Numbered from the stretch's first letter, positions 19,429-29,305 are shown. The stretch: DNA of 64,000 bases from Methanoregula sp. (GCA_039698055.1 JBDKTL010000016.1:32001-96000); one strand, 5' to 3'. Numbers and translations are program-made. Notes: a model not told the origin generated them from the sequence alone.

Positions 19429-19824
19429 ATGGTGAAAAACACCATGAGGCCAACAACAAAAACAGATGTGAAGTTCGAGCACATAGGGGCAGCCCGCCTC
19501 TATCAGAGCTCGGTCCGTATCGATGTCAAGACAATGCAGGCAGTCATTCCCACCAGTGAAGTACACAAACTTGAACAGCACTGGCCTGCGGCAGTCTATG
19601 ACATATCCGATGTTATGAAGAACGCGGACGCGGCCCCGGTCGGGAAGGCATGGATCACCCGGTCCGGTAAAGCCGTGATGATCTCCATCAACGATGTGCA
19701 GTATGTCTCCCCTCTCGCACAGGTAAAGGGGATGCTCAAGGGCGAGCGGAAATATGCAAACGTCTCAACCATGTGCACCGTGCAGCCCATGACCACAAAC
19801 CAGCCGGCAGGGGCGACAGCATGA
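19429..19824 (+). CDS. hypothetical protein with internal two-fold repeat
   Basis: GAARLYQSSVRIDV..IPTSEV versus GKAWITRSGKAVMISI..SPLAQV; ATGA-coupled to ardC. Confidence 0.7.
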   Translation: MVKNTMRPTTKTDVKFEHIGAARLYQSSVRIDVKTMQAVIPTSEVHKLEQHWPAAVYDISDVMKNADAAPVGKAWITRSGKAVMISINDVQYVSPLAQVKGMLKGERKYANVSTMCTVQPMTTNQPAGATA

Positions 19825-20732
19825 AGGCCGCTGACGTAAAGGCGCAAATAAACGAGAGGATCATAAAATCTCTCGCGGAAGGAAAGATCCCCTGGCTGAA
19901 GCCGTGGACCGAGAACGGGCCGCGCAACCTCTTCAGCGGCAGGGCATATACCGGGCTGAACCGGCTGATCCTCGGGCTCAGTCCCTATCCTCTCCCCTTT
20001 TGGGCAACCTACCGCCAGTATCTCGCAGCAGGGCTACAGGTCCAGTTTGGTGAGCACGGCACCGGGATTATCTACGCAGGCCGGACCGTGAAGACCGACA
20101 CGGAAAGGGACGAGAACGGCGAGGAGACCGAGCGCAGGAAACAGATCCGTTTCCTGAAAGCCTTCGTTGTTTTCAACATCGCCCAAACCGATTACAAGGA
20201 GAAGGGCTACAAGATCCCGGACCAGAAAGAGAACCCGCACCTTCTCGGATGCGATACAATCATTCAGGACTACACGGGCCGGGAGTCGATAAGGATCGCA
20301 GGAGGAAGCCGAGCCGCATACTCCCCGCAGATGGATATTATCACCTGCCCGGAGATCGGCCAGTTCAGGACTTCCGAGCACTATTATGCGACGATGTTTC
20401 ATGAGTGCGTTCACTCCACCGGGCCCCGGCTCGACCGGTTCAAGCGGACCGATCCGGTCTGCTTCGGGTCCGACACCTACGGGCGCGAGGAACTGGTAGC
20501 CGAGATCGGGAGTGCATACCTGGCCGCACTCACCGGGATTGATTCAACGGCGATCATTCAGAATCAGGCCGCCTACCTCCAGAACTGGGCGACGGCGATT
20601 AAGGCCGATGCGGATCTTGTGATGTATGCCGCAGGCAGGGCAGAGAAGGCAGCGGACTTTATGATCGGGGCTTCGGCCCCGGACCCTGCCAGCGCTGCAG
20701 GAACAGAAATGGCGGGAGGGGTGGCAGCATGA
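19821..20732 (+). CDS. ardC: ArdC-like antirestriction protein (ssDNA-binding N-domain plus zincin-like metallopeptidase)
   Basis: IPWLKPW, YTGLN, WATYRQ, VFNIAQ, HECVHSTG (HExxH), YGREELVAEIGS. Confidence 0.9.
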   Translation: MKAADVKAQINERIIKSLAEGKIPWLKPWTENGPRNLFSGRAYTGLNRLILGLSPYPLPFWATYRQYLAAGLQVQFGEHGTGIIYAGRTVKTDTERDENGEETERRKQIRFLKAFVVFNIAQTDYKEKGYKIPDQKENPHLLGCDTIIQDYTGRESIRIAGGSRAAYSPQMDIITCPEIGQFRTSEHYYATMFHECVHSTGPRLDRFKRTDPVCFGSDTYGREELVAEIGSAYLAALTGIDSTAIIQNQAAYLQNWATAIKADADLVMYAAGRAEKAADFMIGASAPDPASAAGTEMAGGVAA

Positions 20733-20995
20733 CCCCGACCATTTACGACGCCATGCCGATCAAAGTGCTTGAAGAACTCGAACGCATCGAGATTGCGATC
20801 CCTGCAATGGAGCGCCGGGCATTCATGCTGCAAGCCGATGCGCAGGACCTCCGCTTGAGACATGATGAGATCATCAAGTCATGGACAGACAAGGCTGCAT
20901 GGGAGGGGCTCGACAACCTGATCGCAGAACGGCACCGGCTTGATATGATCGCGTGGCACTGCGATCCGCTGCCGAGCGGGATCCGGACGGAGTAG
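20729..20995 (+). CDS. hypothetical helical protein (88 aa)
   Basis: ATGA overlap with the ardC stop and upstream GGAGG. Confidence 0.6.
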   Translation: MTPTIYDAMPIKVLEELERIEIAIPAMERRAFMLQADAQDLRLRHDEIIKSWTDKAAWEGLDNLIAERHRLDMIAWHCDPLPSGIRTE

Positions 20996-21384
20996 ATCCT
21001 GTGCTCAGCTTGCGGGAACTCCGGGAGTACCGGAAAAAACGATCAACCATTTTTGGGATGTGGAAAAGTCTGATCTGGTGGCTGCACAGGACAAAGAAAA
21101 GAATTCTTTTGCTCCGGTAAAAACGGTGGCCCGGACAGGGACACCATGAGGCCAATCACGAGCCCTGCCTGGGTTGGTACAATATCGACTCCTGGCATTA
21201 TCTTTCTTGGCAAAGGTTGGCCCACCCCGAAGGCTCACGCGACGGGCCCGCCCGGCGGTCCCGTATCCGGCTCGCCTTCTTCCCGCCCGGACCGCTACCC
21301 GGTGGCTGTCCTGTTGAGATATCCTGATCTTCCTGGGCCCGCCCGATGCTCACGCGACACGGCGATGGTCGCCGTGTTCCGGCT

Positions 21385-21802
21385 CGCATCCTCCCACCCC
21401 CACCCGGAAACCTTATCCCGTGGTTATCCTAATGACTGCCCGTCCCTTTCAAGGGCGGGAGGAGCGAAGCGGGAGGCGGGTCGTGGCCGCAGTGGCCCGA
21501 ACGAGCACCGCTTCAGGGTGCGAAGGTAACGAGACGCATCAGTGTCGAGTCCGAGCCCCTGATGCGTCGTGCGAGTGAGTCACTGAACGAGCGGCGTGAG
21601 TACGATCAACAGCGACGAACACGATGCGAAGCATGGTGTGAGGAGCGGGCCGGAACAGCAAGCCCCGCCGCGAGCCTGCGAGCAAGGGGGTGCGTCTTCG
21701 TCTGCCCAATCAACCGAAGAAAAGCAGCGAAGTGATGTGAGCGTAACGGGCGTGAGCCCGTGGAGACGAACATGACTGAGCGTCTGCATATCACGCGAAC
21801 AC
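21385..21802 (-). repeat. right arm of a ~410-bp imperfect inverted repeat
   Basis: Reverse complement aligns by eye with 18731-19145. Confidence 0.9.
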
Positions 21803-22633
21803 TGAGGGAGGAACGCCGCCCCGCTCCGCACGCTTCGTGCACCTTCGGCGCACTCGCACATGCTCCGCGGACCGGCTTTTTGTGCGCGATTTGAAATTTT
21901 GATCATTTTTTTGATGAGCGAAGTTCAGGAAAATATTTATTTATGCTGCGTGCCAAATAATTTCAAATCAGATTTCATTTGAAAATTGGACAAAAATTAG
22001 AGTGTTTGCGCATTGAACTTGCGGTCAGGAATCCTGCTTCTCGCACTCTCTTCTTGTCTGCATTCCCCGGCATGTGAACGTGATCAGTTGGATTCGATTA
22101 TCCCGATAATCTTTGAATCCGGTTGAGAGGACAATGTTTAAAAAAAAAATTTTACAACCAGAATAAACACTTCGTTTTTTGGGCCATCTTGTGCTCTCTT
22201 TATTGAAAATCACCATGTCTATCCACCATCATATCACCCGGTTTTCATCGGTTACTGCTCTGGAACTGCCATTTTTTTACGATTCAAGCATAAAACCTGC
22301 GATCATATGCGGTTACACGAAAAAGAAGAGAACAAGAATAGGAAAATGCACGTCTCTTTTCAGGATCAAAACCAGCAAATCCGGATTTTCCCTCCTGTTG
22401 AACGCAATATTCTCACCTCAATAACTATGCATATCCTGTTTATGCCGTACATTTCCTGATCCAGGAATCCTGTCGTTCGCAGAAAATTATGTGGAGATCC
22501 GTGAGCCATAAAGACCTCTTGCATATTTTTAAAAATCACTGTTTTTACAGGATCCATCGTGACGGGGGATAATTATTTTATTGAGGATAAAAAAAATTAT
22601 TTACGCATGTGTAAAAAAGCAGGAGTGGTTTGA

Positions 22634-22945
22634 CTGACCGATAAAACCACTCAGGGACCATCAGGCAGCGATGAGATCGTCCGGGTAAAATTACCCCAGA
22701 AACGCTACCGTGAGCAGTTCGGATGCGCCGAATTAATGATGGGTGCCAATCATATTCGCATCCGGTGTTTCGATGGTGTTACCCGGATGGGAAGGATCAA
22801 AGGAAAGATCAAGAAGAAAGTCTGGATCCGCGAAGGGGATCTTCTCATTGTCATCCCATGGAATTTCCAGGATGAAAAATGCGATATCATGTACCGATAT
22901 ACCGGGCCACAGGTGGAATGGTTGCGCCGGAACAAATACCTTTAA
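22634..22945 (+). CDS. eif1A: translation initiation factor aIF-1A, probable CTG start
   Basis: IVRVKLP..EQFG..MMGANHIRIRCFDGVTRMGRIKGKIKKKVWIREGD..YRYT; the conserved N-terminal part lies upstream of the first ATG. Confidence 0.92.
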   Translation: MTDKTTQGPSGSDEIVRVKLPQKRYREQFGCAELMMGANHIRIRCFDGVTRMGRIKGKIKKKVWIREGDLLIVIPWNFQDEKCDIMYRYTGPQVEWLRRNKYL

Positions 22946-23060
22946 AGTACGGCACGGGCTTGCTGGCTCTTTTTATATCCCGATGTAACCGTTACCCTTT
23001 TTTATAAATGGAGGGCCAGGGTATATTTATCCCCGTCTCAATGAAGCGCTCAGAAAAAAA

Positions 23061-23876
23061 TTACAGGGATTTGATTTCAATCTCATATTGTTTAACGACA
23101 AGCAGGGCGGGCTCGCTCGTATCGGTAGGGACCAGGTACTTCCCCGGGCTTCCGCCGACCTCGGACATCTTCAGCGTATTTTTGAAGTAATTGCTCCATG
23201 CGATGGAATAATCAACGTCTGCATTGGGGGTGTACTGCACATAGATATGATCCCCGGCAGGTATACTGTACTCCGTATAATTGCCTGCCCCAAACGCCAT
23301 CTGTGCCGTCCCCACGCCGGAACGTGCGAACATATCTGTGGAATTAAAAGAAATTAAATAGATCACCGCGGTGTTTGTTTTATCGTCGACAAACCAGCGG
23401 GGTTCTGCAAGCATGACCGATCCTTGCAGGGCCACTTTACGGAGCACCACCGCACCGTTCTCTAAGGAGATCATGGTCTCGGCAGCGGTTGAATGGTACC
23501 GGAGATCGCCGGTATGGACGGTCAGGGGCAGGGGCGGGCCGGTTGTAACGGCACCCCCGTCATCAGAGATGGTAAACGACGAGGTGGTTGCATCATCATA
23601 GCTCGTATTGTAGATGGTCAGCGCACCTCCGCCCACTTTCATCGACGTCTCCTTGTACGGTACCGTTTTGTAGGCCAGGCTCTTGACATCGTTCTGCAGC
23701 ACGATCATATTCTTTTCCATTATCTGTTCGTCGGCGCTGGTCTGTTGCTTCAACAGCATCGGGTACCCGTACAGGGTCACCAGGCCAATCCCTGCAATAA
23801 TGATCGAAAAAATCAACAGAAATCCAATCGATTCTGAAACTCCCGACTCTTTGGCCCGTTCCTTACTCCCGCTCAT
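23061..23876 (-). CDS. archaeal type IV pilin-like protein
   Basis: Class III signal ESG|VSESIGFLLIFSII. Confidence 0.75.
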   Translation of the reverse strand: MSGSKERAKESGVSESIGFLLIFSIIIAGIGLVTLYGYPMLLKQQTSADEQIMEKNMIVLQNDVKSLAYKTVPYKETSMKVGGGALTIYNTSYDDATTSSFTISDDGGAVTTGPPLPLTVHTGDLRYHSTAAETMISLENGAVVLRKVALQGSVMLAEPRWFVDDKTNTAVIYLISFNSTDMFARSGVGTAQMAFGAGNYTEYSIPAGDHIYVQYTPNADVDYSIAWSNYFKNTLKMSEVGGSPGKYLVPTDTSEPALLVVKQYEIEIKSL

Positions 23877-24334
23877 TAAAATCCTCCCGAATCGTACACG
23901 ATCTTGTTCATTCCAATGCCCGTCGTGTTCCCTGTCACACCTCTTGTCGCCCCGATACCGGCAAGGCTCACGTTGCTGGCGATAGTATCACGGGAGACCC
24001 GCACATTCTGGTCAACGGGATTATCCCCCGGCCCGATCTCGACGAAATATCCTCTTCCGCCAACATCGTCCGGGATATCAAAAGACGTGTTGATTGTTCC
24101 ATTCTGTGGCGCGATCTCGTACACATCGACAATCCGGGTGGACACGCCGTTCCCGATATCGGAAAATGCGGTGTAGGCAAGCGTGTTTGCCGGACCTTCC
24201 ATAACATTTGCATTTACCAACAGCATCATCACTACCAGCAGGAACATCAGAATCCCGCTCACCATCACGTACTCGATCATCGTCGCCACACCGGATTCAT
24301 TATCATGTTCAGAGCGATGCCCACATTTCATCAT
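23876..24334 (-). CDS. archaeal type IV pilin-like protein
   Basis: Class III signal ESG|VATMIEYVMVSG. Confidence 0.72.
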   Translation of the reverse strand: MMKCGHRSEHDNESGVATMIEYVMVSGILMFLLVVMMLLVNANVMEGPANTLAYTAFSDIGNGVSTRIVDVYEIAPQNGTINTSFDIPDDVGGRGYFVEIGPGDNPVDQNVRVSRDTIASNVSLAGIGATRGVTGNTTGIGMNKIVYDSGGF

Positions 24335-24674
24335 ACAAGGTCACCCCGTTGTTGTAATGGATATCGATGTACGTGTGGGTATCAGCCGGTGGATTGGGCA
24401 GGATCACCGAATAATTCACCACTGCACTTTTTCGGCTTAGCGCAATAGACTGGAGATCGGTCCGGAAATCCGCATCGGTGGGCACAGATGAAGACTGGAT
24501 GATTACTGCTCTTACATCACGGATATCATTTTTTGGGAAATCCAGAACACCTTCAGCAGTTGTCTGGCCGACAACCGTCGCCTGGTTGAGGATCATCGCA
24601 AGGAAGAAGAAACTGAAACTTACGATAAATCCCATGAGCACGATCCACTGTGCATCATCGTTCATCCTCGCCAT
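24309..24674 (-). CDS. pilin-like protein
   Basis: DDA|QWIVLMGFIVSF class III-like signal. Confidence 0.7.
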   Translation of the reverse strand: MARMNDDAQWIVLMGFIVSFSFFFLAMILNQATVVGQTTAEGVLDFPKNDIRDVRAVIIQSSSVPTDADFRTDLQSIALSRKSAVVNYSVILPNPPADTHTYIDIHYNNGVTLYDEMWASL

Positions 24675-25165
24675 AGCATTACCTCCACCAGTGCCGCACG
24701 GTTTTTCTGGACATTACTCCCCCCAAGTTTTTTATTCACAATTACCCATTCCGTCACTTTGACTGCATGCTCTCCTCCCGTGAGGCTACGACTGGCGTAA
24801 AGTGGGTATGAGTCGATTGTGTTGTTGTAAATGTCCCGGTAGGTTACCGAAGCGCTGAACTGAAGGTCTTCTGACCGGGACCAGGTTTCATTATTACAAT
24901 AATTCAGGAACGTCGTGTTAAATCCTGCACCGTCATCTGTTTCGATCATCGACTGGAGCGGACTCTTTGCGATCGTTCCATTCAATGGTGTATTCATCAT
25001 ACGGAGCGCATCGTTCCCGAGCTGTTCCAGCTGCATGTCGCTGATATGCGTATCCCCGGGGGTATAGATGGATGTCGAACCAAGTACGATGTATGCTGTA
25101 AGGAGCATGATCACTCCTGCCGATACCCCTTCGATTGTATAGAGCTGCCCGTCGCTGTTTACCAT
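24662..25165 (-). CDS. pilin-like protein
   Basis: SDG|QLYTIEGV signal; C-terminal VEVMLW. Confidence 0.7.
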   Translation of the reverse strand: MVNSDGQLYTIEGVSAGVIMLLTAYIVLGSTSIYTPGDTHISDMQLEQLGNDALRMMNTPLNGTIAKSPLQSMIETDDGAGFNTTFLNYCNNETWSRSEDLQFSASVTYRDIYNNTIDSYPLYASRSLTGGEHAVKVTEWVIVNKKLGGSNVQKNRAALVEVMLWRG

Positions 25166-26214
25166 ACTGCAACCTCCACGATACCGTCATATAACTGGGG
25201 CTGGGTGACATTTTCTGAATAATAGTTATAGTCAAACGGCCCGCTTACCGAGCTGTTGAGGTACCAGCTCGGCGTGTCGTGTTCGAACGTGTAGTTGATG
25301 TACAGCTGGGTATTGTGTGAAGCCATATCATAGAAAAATCCCCCCGGGAATATGAGCGAAACACTGTTGTTGACGTAGTGAGGAAGTGACAGGACTGCCG
25401 TCGAATTATCATCAATATAGGGAGTATCGTATGTCCGGACTTCCGCTAATGGCGGGAACGGATCAAATGGTGTGGGTTCCGAACGGTAGATGATGATGCT
25501 TGACAGGTTGGTGATCGGCATCGGGATAGGTGGGGGATTAACCGTTGTGCTGAGATCGGTAAGGTTGATGACGATCTGCTCCCGGCGCGGATCGATCTGG
25601 TATGCAGGATTTGTTACCTGCTCCAGCAGTTTTGTGCAGTTGATGTGGACTGAAAATATATCCGTGGTCACATTATCTTTTGACTGGTAGTTATGCGCTG
25701 TGATCTGGGTGGTGCCAATCGTGGCGTTACTCGTCCCCTTGATCTTTACAACACGGCGGATATACCCATACCCGTCAGGAATGAGATCCCCAATTGAGCG
25801 GGTGACTTCTGAACCTGTTTCCTGAACAGAAATATTGAAGTGGTACGGGTAGTCCCCGAAGATCACCCGCTGGTGGTAATCATCCGGGTAAGAAAATGCT
25901 GTACTGCAGAAAAACCGGTCGACCTTTGCACTGGACAGGATATTGGGGGTGTCTTTTGACAGGGAGAGTCCAAACCGCACTACCAGATCCTTTTCAAGAT
26001 CGGTCCGGGTTTCCCATGGTGGATTAACGGGCATTCCCGGGTCTTCCACGAGAATTACACCGGTCCGGTACGCCACTGCATCGTAATCGATGGTATTGCT
26101 CTGGAGCCCAATCAGAAGCGACGGGATCATCGTTGCAACATAAATGAATGCAACCATGAAGATGGCAAACCCTGCCAGAAAATCAATGGAAAGGTTGCCC
26201 GCGTCATCAGTCAT
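25159..26214 (-). CDS. pilin-like protein (large)
   Basis: DDAG|NLSIDFLAG signal; C-terminal VEVAVW. Confidence 0.7.
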   Translation of the reverse strand: MTDDAGNLSIDFLAGFAIFMVAFIYVATMIPSLLIGLQSNTIDYDAVAYRTGVILVEDPGMPVNPPWETRTDLEKDLVVRFGLSLSKDTPNILSSAKVDRFFCSTAFSYPDDYHQRVIFGDYPYHFNISVQETGSEVTRSIGDLIPDGYGYIRRVVKIKGTSNATIGTTQITAHNYQSKDNVTTDIFSVHINCTKLLEQVTNPAYQIDPRREQIVINLTDLSTTVNPPPIPMPITNLSSIIIYRSEPTPFDPFPPLAEVRTYDTPYIDDNSTAVLSLPHYVNNSVSLIFPGGFFYDMASHNTQLYINYTFEHDTPSWYLNSSVSGPFDYNYYSENVTQPQLYDGIVEVAVW

Positions 26215-26809
26215 AGACAGAAACCAACGCTCCTGTGGTTGCATTGAACGTGAGAATCTGCGGCGAACTCCCCTGCGGACGGGTGATGATATAGTTCCCG
26301 TCCATAAGTTCGAGTACTACGCCGGTTTGCACCAATGATGAATTTATTGAGGGTATCTGGAGCCGGTCTGAAGTGATCAACTCACCGGGGGTTAGTACTG
26401 TAGAAAAATCGATATCCTGTAGGGGAAGTCCTGCATCCCAGGGAATTATTGCCACGCCGTTACGGTCATATATGTAGATCGTGGTCACATTATTATTGCG
26501 CACTCCAAAAATCCAGCTGGTTGCTGCCCCGGCATCGTTCAGGTTCTTTGCCCCGATATAGTGGATTGTCTCGTTCATCCTGTTCATCGCCGGGTCAGGC
26601 TGGTATCTTTTTATCTCATTGAGTGCGAACTGCATCTCGATTGGCTGGATCAATGCCAGGGGCTGAATCGCCGTGATGCCGACATTCCCGGGTGTAATAT
26701 GTGCCGGTGCTGACGATTTCGGCTGCAGGGCAGGCAGGACAAAGGTGGCACCGATGCAGAACGCACATACCAGGATAATTGCAAGAAAAAGAATGCTAAT
26801 CCGGCGCAT
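26207..26809 (-). CDS. secreted or membrane-anchored hypothetical protein
   Basis: N-terminal signal/TM MRRISILFLAIILVCAF. Confidence 0.7.
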   Translation of the reverse strand: MRRISILFLAIILVCAFCIGATFVLPALQPKSSAPAHITPGNVGITAIQPLALIQPIEMQFALNEIKRYQPDPAMNRMNETIHYIGAKNLNDAGAATSWIFGVRNNNVTTIYIYDRNGVAIIPWDAGLPLQDIDFSTVLTPGELITSDRLQIPSINSSLVQTGVVLELMDGNYIITRPQGSSPQILTFNATTGALVSVYD

Positions 26810-26922
26810 ATGGTCTCCTAATGGGGTATGGATAGGGTAAGAGATATAAATATTGGTTTTTTATTCCGGTGCCCGGTTCAGGGCGCGGCATACAAAAAAA
26901 AGTCCCGTTTTAAAAAAAGGGG

Positions 26923-27795
26923 TTAGGAAACGATCTTTGAGATCGGGATCTCAAGGATATCTTCTGCACCACAGCTCTTGAGTTTCGGAATCAGCCCGTT
27001 GACCGCATTTTTTGGTACCACGGTCTGGATGCTGTAGTAATCGATCCCGTGGAGCTGGCTCACGGTCGGTTTTTTCATTGCGGGAAGAGCAGCGACAATC
27101 TTTTCCAGGGACGCTCCCGGCACATTCATGGTCAGCAGCACTTTGTGCCGTGCCGCGATCACGCCAAAGAGAAGGGTCGTTATCTCTTCGATCTCTTTTC
27201 TCTTCTCCGGGTCTGCCCAGCTCTGTTTATTGGCGATGATGACCGTGTGCGACTCCATGATCTGCCCGATGATCTTGAGACCATTCTTGCGCAGTGTCGT
27301 TCCTGTCTCGGTGAGATCGACAACTACATCCATAAGATCCGGTACCTTTGCTTCCGAAGCACCAAACGAGTGGAATAACTGCACCGGGACACCCAGGGAC
27401 TCAAAATATTTTTTTGTGAGCTCGGGGTATTCCGTGGTCACGCGGCTGTCCGGCCGAATCTGGTGTGCGTTCTCTATGGGCTCGTCGCGGTGAACCGCAA
27501 TGACGATTTTCACATTTCCTTCACCGGTTTTACTGTAGGACAGGTCGGCGACTTCCACGACATCAGAACCTGTCTCCCTGACCCAGTCAAGACCGGAGAT
27601 CCCGAGATCGAAATAACCTTTATCCACATAGGTAGGGATCTCCTGCGGGCGCAGGATCTTGATTTTGCCGATACGGGGGTCATCGATGCGGGGATTGTAA
27701 TCGCGATCCGTGCGCTTGACCTCAAGATCAGCCTCTTTGAAGAGCTGGAGCGTCTGTGCTTCGAGGCTGCCTTTCGGGAGTGCGAGGGTAAACAT
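26923..27795 (-). CDS. hisG: ATP phosphoribosyltransferase (long form)
   Basis: LALPKGSL, RPQEIP, DLGISGLD, VVDLTETGTTLRKNGL, GAEDILEIPI. Confidence 0.95.
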   Translation of the reverse strand: MFTLALPKGSLEAQTLQLFKEADLEVKRTDRDYNPRIDDPRIGKIKILRPQEIPTYVDKGYFDLGISGLDWVRETGSDVVEVADLSYSKTGEGNVKIVIAVHRDEPIENAHQIRPDSRVTTEYPELTKKYFESLGVPVQLFHSFGASEAKVPDLMDVVVDLTETGTTLRKNGLKIIGQIMESHTVIIANKQSWADPEKRKEIEEITTLLFGVIAARHKVLLTMNVPGASLEKIVAALPAMKKPTVSQLHGIDYYSIQTVVPKNAVNGLIPKLKSCGAEDILEIPISKIVS

Positions 27796-27850
27796 ACCGT
27801 AGACAATTGGCGGGAAAAAAGATAAAGATAAATGGTGCGGCCCTTGCCGG

Positions 27851-29116
27851 TCAATCGAACGTATGAATGACCAGCCCGCTCAGCAGCTTGGGTTCAAACC
27901 AGGTTGATTTCGGGGGCATCACGTTGTTGGCATCGGCAACATCAAGGACGGTTTCAACCCGGACCGGCTGCATGGCAAACGCGACCGTGAATTTTCCTTC
28001 ATCGATAAGTCTTTCGAGATCGGCCACCGGCCGTGCGCCTCCAAGGTACTGGAGTCGGGCATCGCCCCGGGGATCCGTGATATTGAGCATACCTTCGAGC
28101 ACGAACTTCTGGAGCACTGCGACATCAAGGGTCTCGAGTGGTGCCGCTCTGGTATCGATCGGGCGGGTGCACTCGTACCAGGTTCCGCCAAGATACATGT
28201 GGATGATATGGTATTTTTCCGGGCTGGCAACCTTTGGCGCAATATTATACCCGGTGTTGTCCACGGTACCGCAGGCCCTCACCTCGAAAAATTTCCCAAT
28301 GTGCGTCATAAATGATTCGGGGGTAAACGAACCAATATCCGTGAGCAGACGGCTATATCCGTGAATCCTGACCCGGTCATGGGCAAACAATACACCCATA
28401 AACCGGCTGACATCTCCCTCAACGGGCAATCCGGCCGCTCTTCTCCGGTCAGCCACGTTTACTGCTGCTTTTGCCCGGTGGTGGCCATCTGCAATATACA
28501 GGCTTGGCACCGATGAGAAAAGGTCTTCAAGCCGGGTCAGGTCTTGTGGGTCGGTGATACAGAAGATCTGGTGTATTCCCCCTTCCGTGGTGGCCACTTC
28601 TGCATCCGGTTTTTTTGTTGGGGGAACCAGCGATTCAACGAATGAAAAAAGGGAGTCGGCGTCCCGGTACAGCAACACAACAGGGCCGTTATGGGCTTTT
28701 ACCGCTTCGATATGCCGGGTCCGGTCCTCTTCCTTATCGTACCGGGTATGCTCGTGGCGCCGGATCCGGTTTGTGCGGTAGTCTTCCACGTCTAGCCCAC
28801 AACAGAGCCCGACAAATGTCTCGCCGTTCTGGCGCACCCGGTACACGTAGAACGAAGATGCAGCATCCCTCCGCAGGCGCCCGCATGAGATCAACGCGGC
28901 AAAATTATCATGCGCCCGCTGGTAGACGCGATCATCGTGCGGGGGGATATCGGGGAGTTCTGCGTCAGACCGGCTCACTCGCAAAAAACTATCGGGATTC
29001 TGCCGGATGATCTCACGTGCCTCTTCTGCTGTCACCACGTCATATGGTACTGCCGCGATGGCCGCAGCTTCAAGGGGAGCGGGGCGGACCCCTGCAAAAG
29101 GAAATATCTTCACCAT
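27851..29116 (-). CDS. DUF1015-family protein
   Basis: AVPYDVV, IRRHEHT, YIADGHHR, MPPKSTWFEPKLLSGL. Confidence 0.9.
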   Translation of the reverse strand: MVKIFPFAGVRPAPLEAAAIAAVPYDVVTAEEAREIIRQNPDSFLRVSRSDAELPDIPPHDDRVYQRAHDNFAALISCGRLRRDAASSFYVYRVRQNGETFVGLCCGLDVEDYRTNRIRRHEHTRYDKEEDRTRHIEAVKAHNGPVVLLYRDADSLFSFVESLVPPTKKPDAEVATTEGGIHQIFCITDPQDLTRLEDLFSSVPSLYIADGHHRAKAAVNVADRRRAAGLPVEGDVSRFMGVLFAHDRVRIHGYSRLLTDIGSFTPESFMTHIGKFFEVRACGTVDNTGYNIAPKVASPEKYHIIHMYLGGTWYECTRPIDTRAAPLETLDVAVLQKFVLEGMLNITDPRGDARLQYLGGARPVADLERLIDEGKFTVAFAMQPVRVETVLDVADANNVMPPKSTWFEPKLLSGLVIHTFD

Positions 29117-29305
29117 GAAAAACTACCAGAACCCTGTATGTTTTTATGAGCGTTCTTTTTCTCATAATTGGGTGCGGACACATATATAATCAAAGACTGG
29201 CCGCACACCTGTATCGTTCCCTTGACGACAAGCGGGCGATCTGCGTAATCCTTATGGCTTTATGGATACAGAAAATGATACTGCATTTCCCCGTGGTGCC
29301 TGACT

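Larger units (their letters stand above)
7550..22000. mobile_element. putative genomic island / integrated element, boundaries approximate
   Basis: AT-rich cargo operon, AlbA_2 gene, ArdC and long inverted repeats; no integrase or att duplication seen. Confidence 0.55.

Noticed and set aside
20993-21073. Possible read-through of TAG 20993 into ILCSACG (CxxC)
   Set aside because: The extension is short, there is no homology support, and no pyrrolysine machinery is visible.
18731-21802. CRISPR array or tRNA interpretation of the repeats
   Set aside because: No regular repeat-spacer periodicity and no cloverleaf or T-loop/CCA signature.
21146-21906. ORFs over the right IR arm
   Set aside because: Most likely spurious frames in non-coding repeat DNA.
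21961-21984. TTTCAAAT-N8-ATTTGAAA inverted repeat as a possible recombinase site at the island's right edge
   Set aside because: AT-rich context makes a chance match likely; no partner site at the left edge and no recombinase gene.
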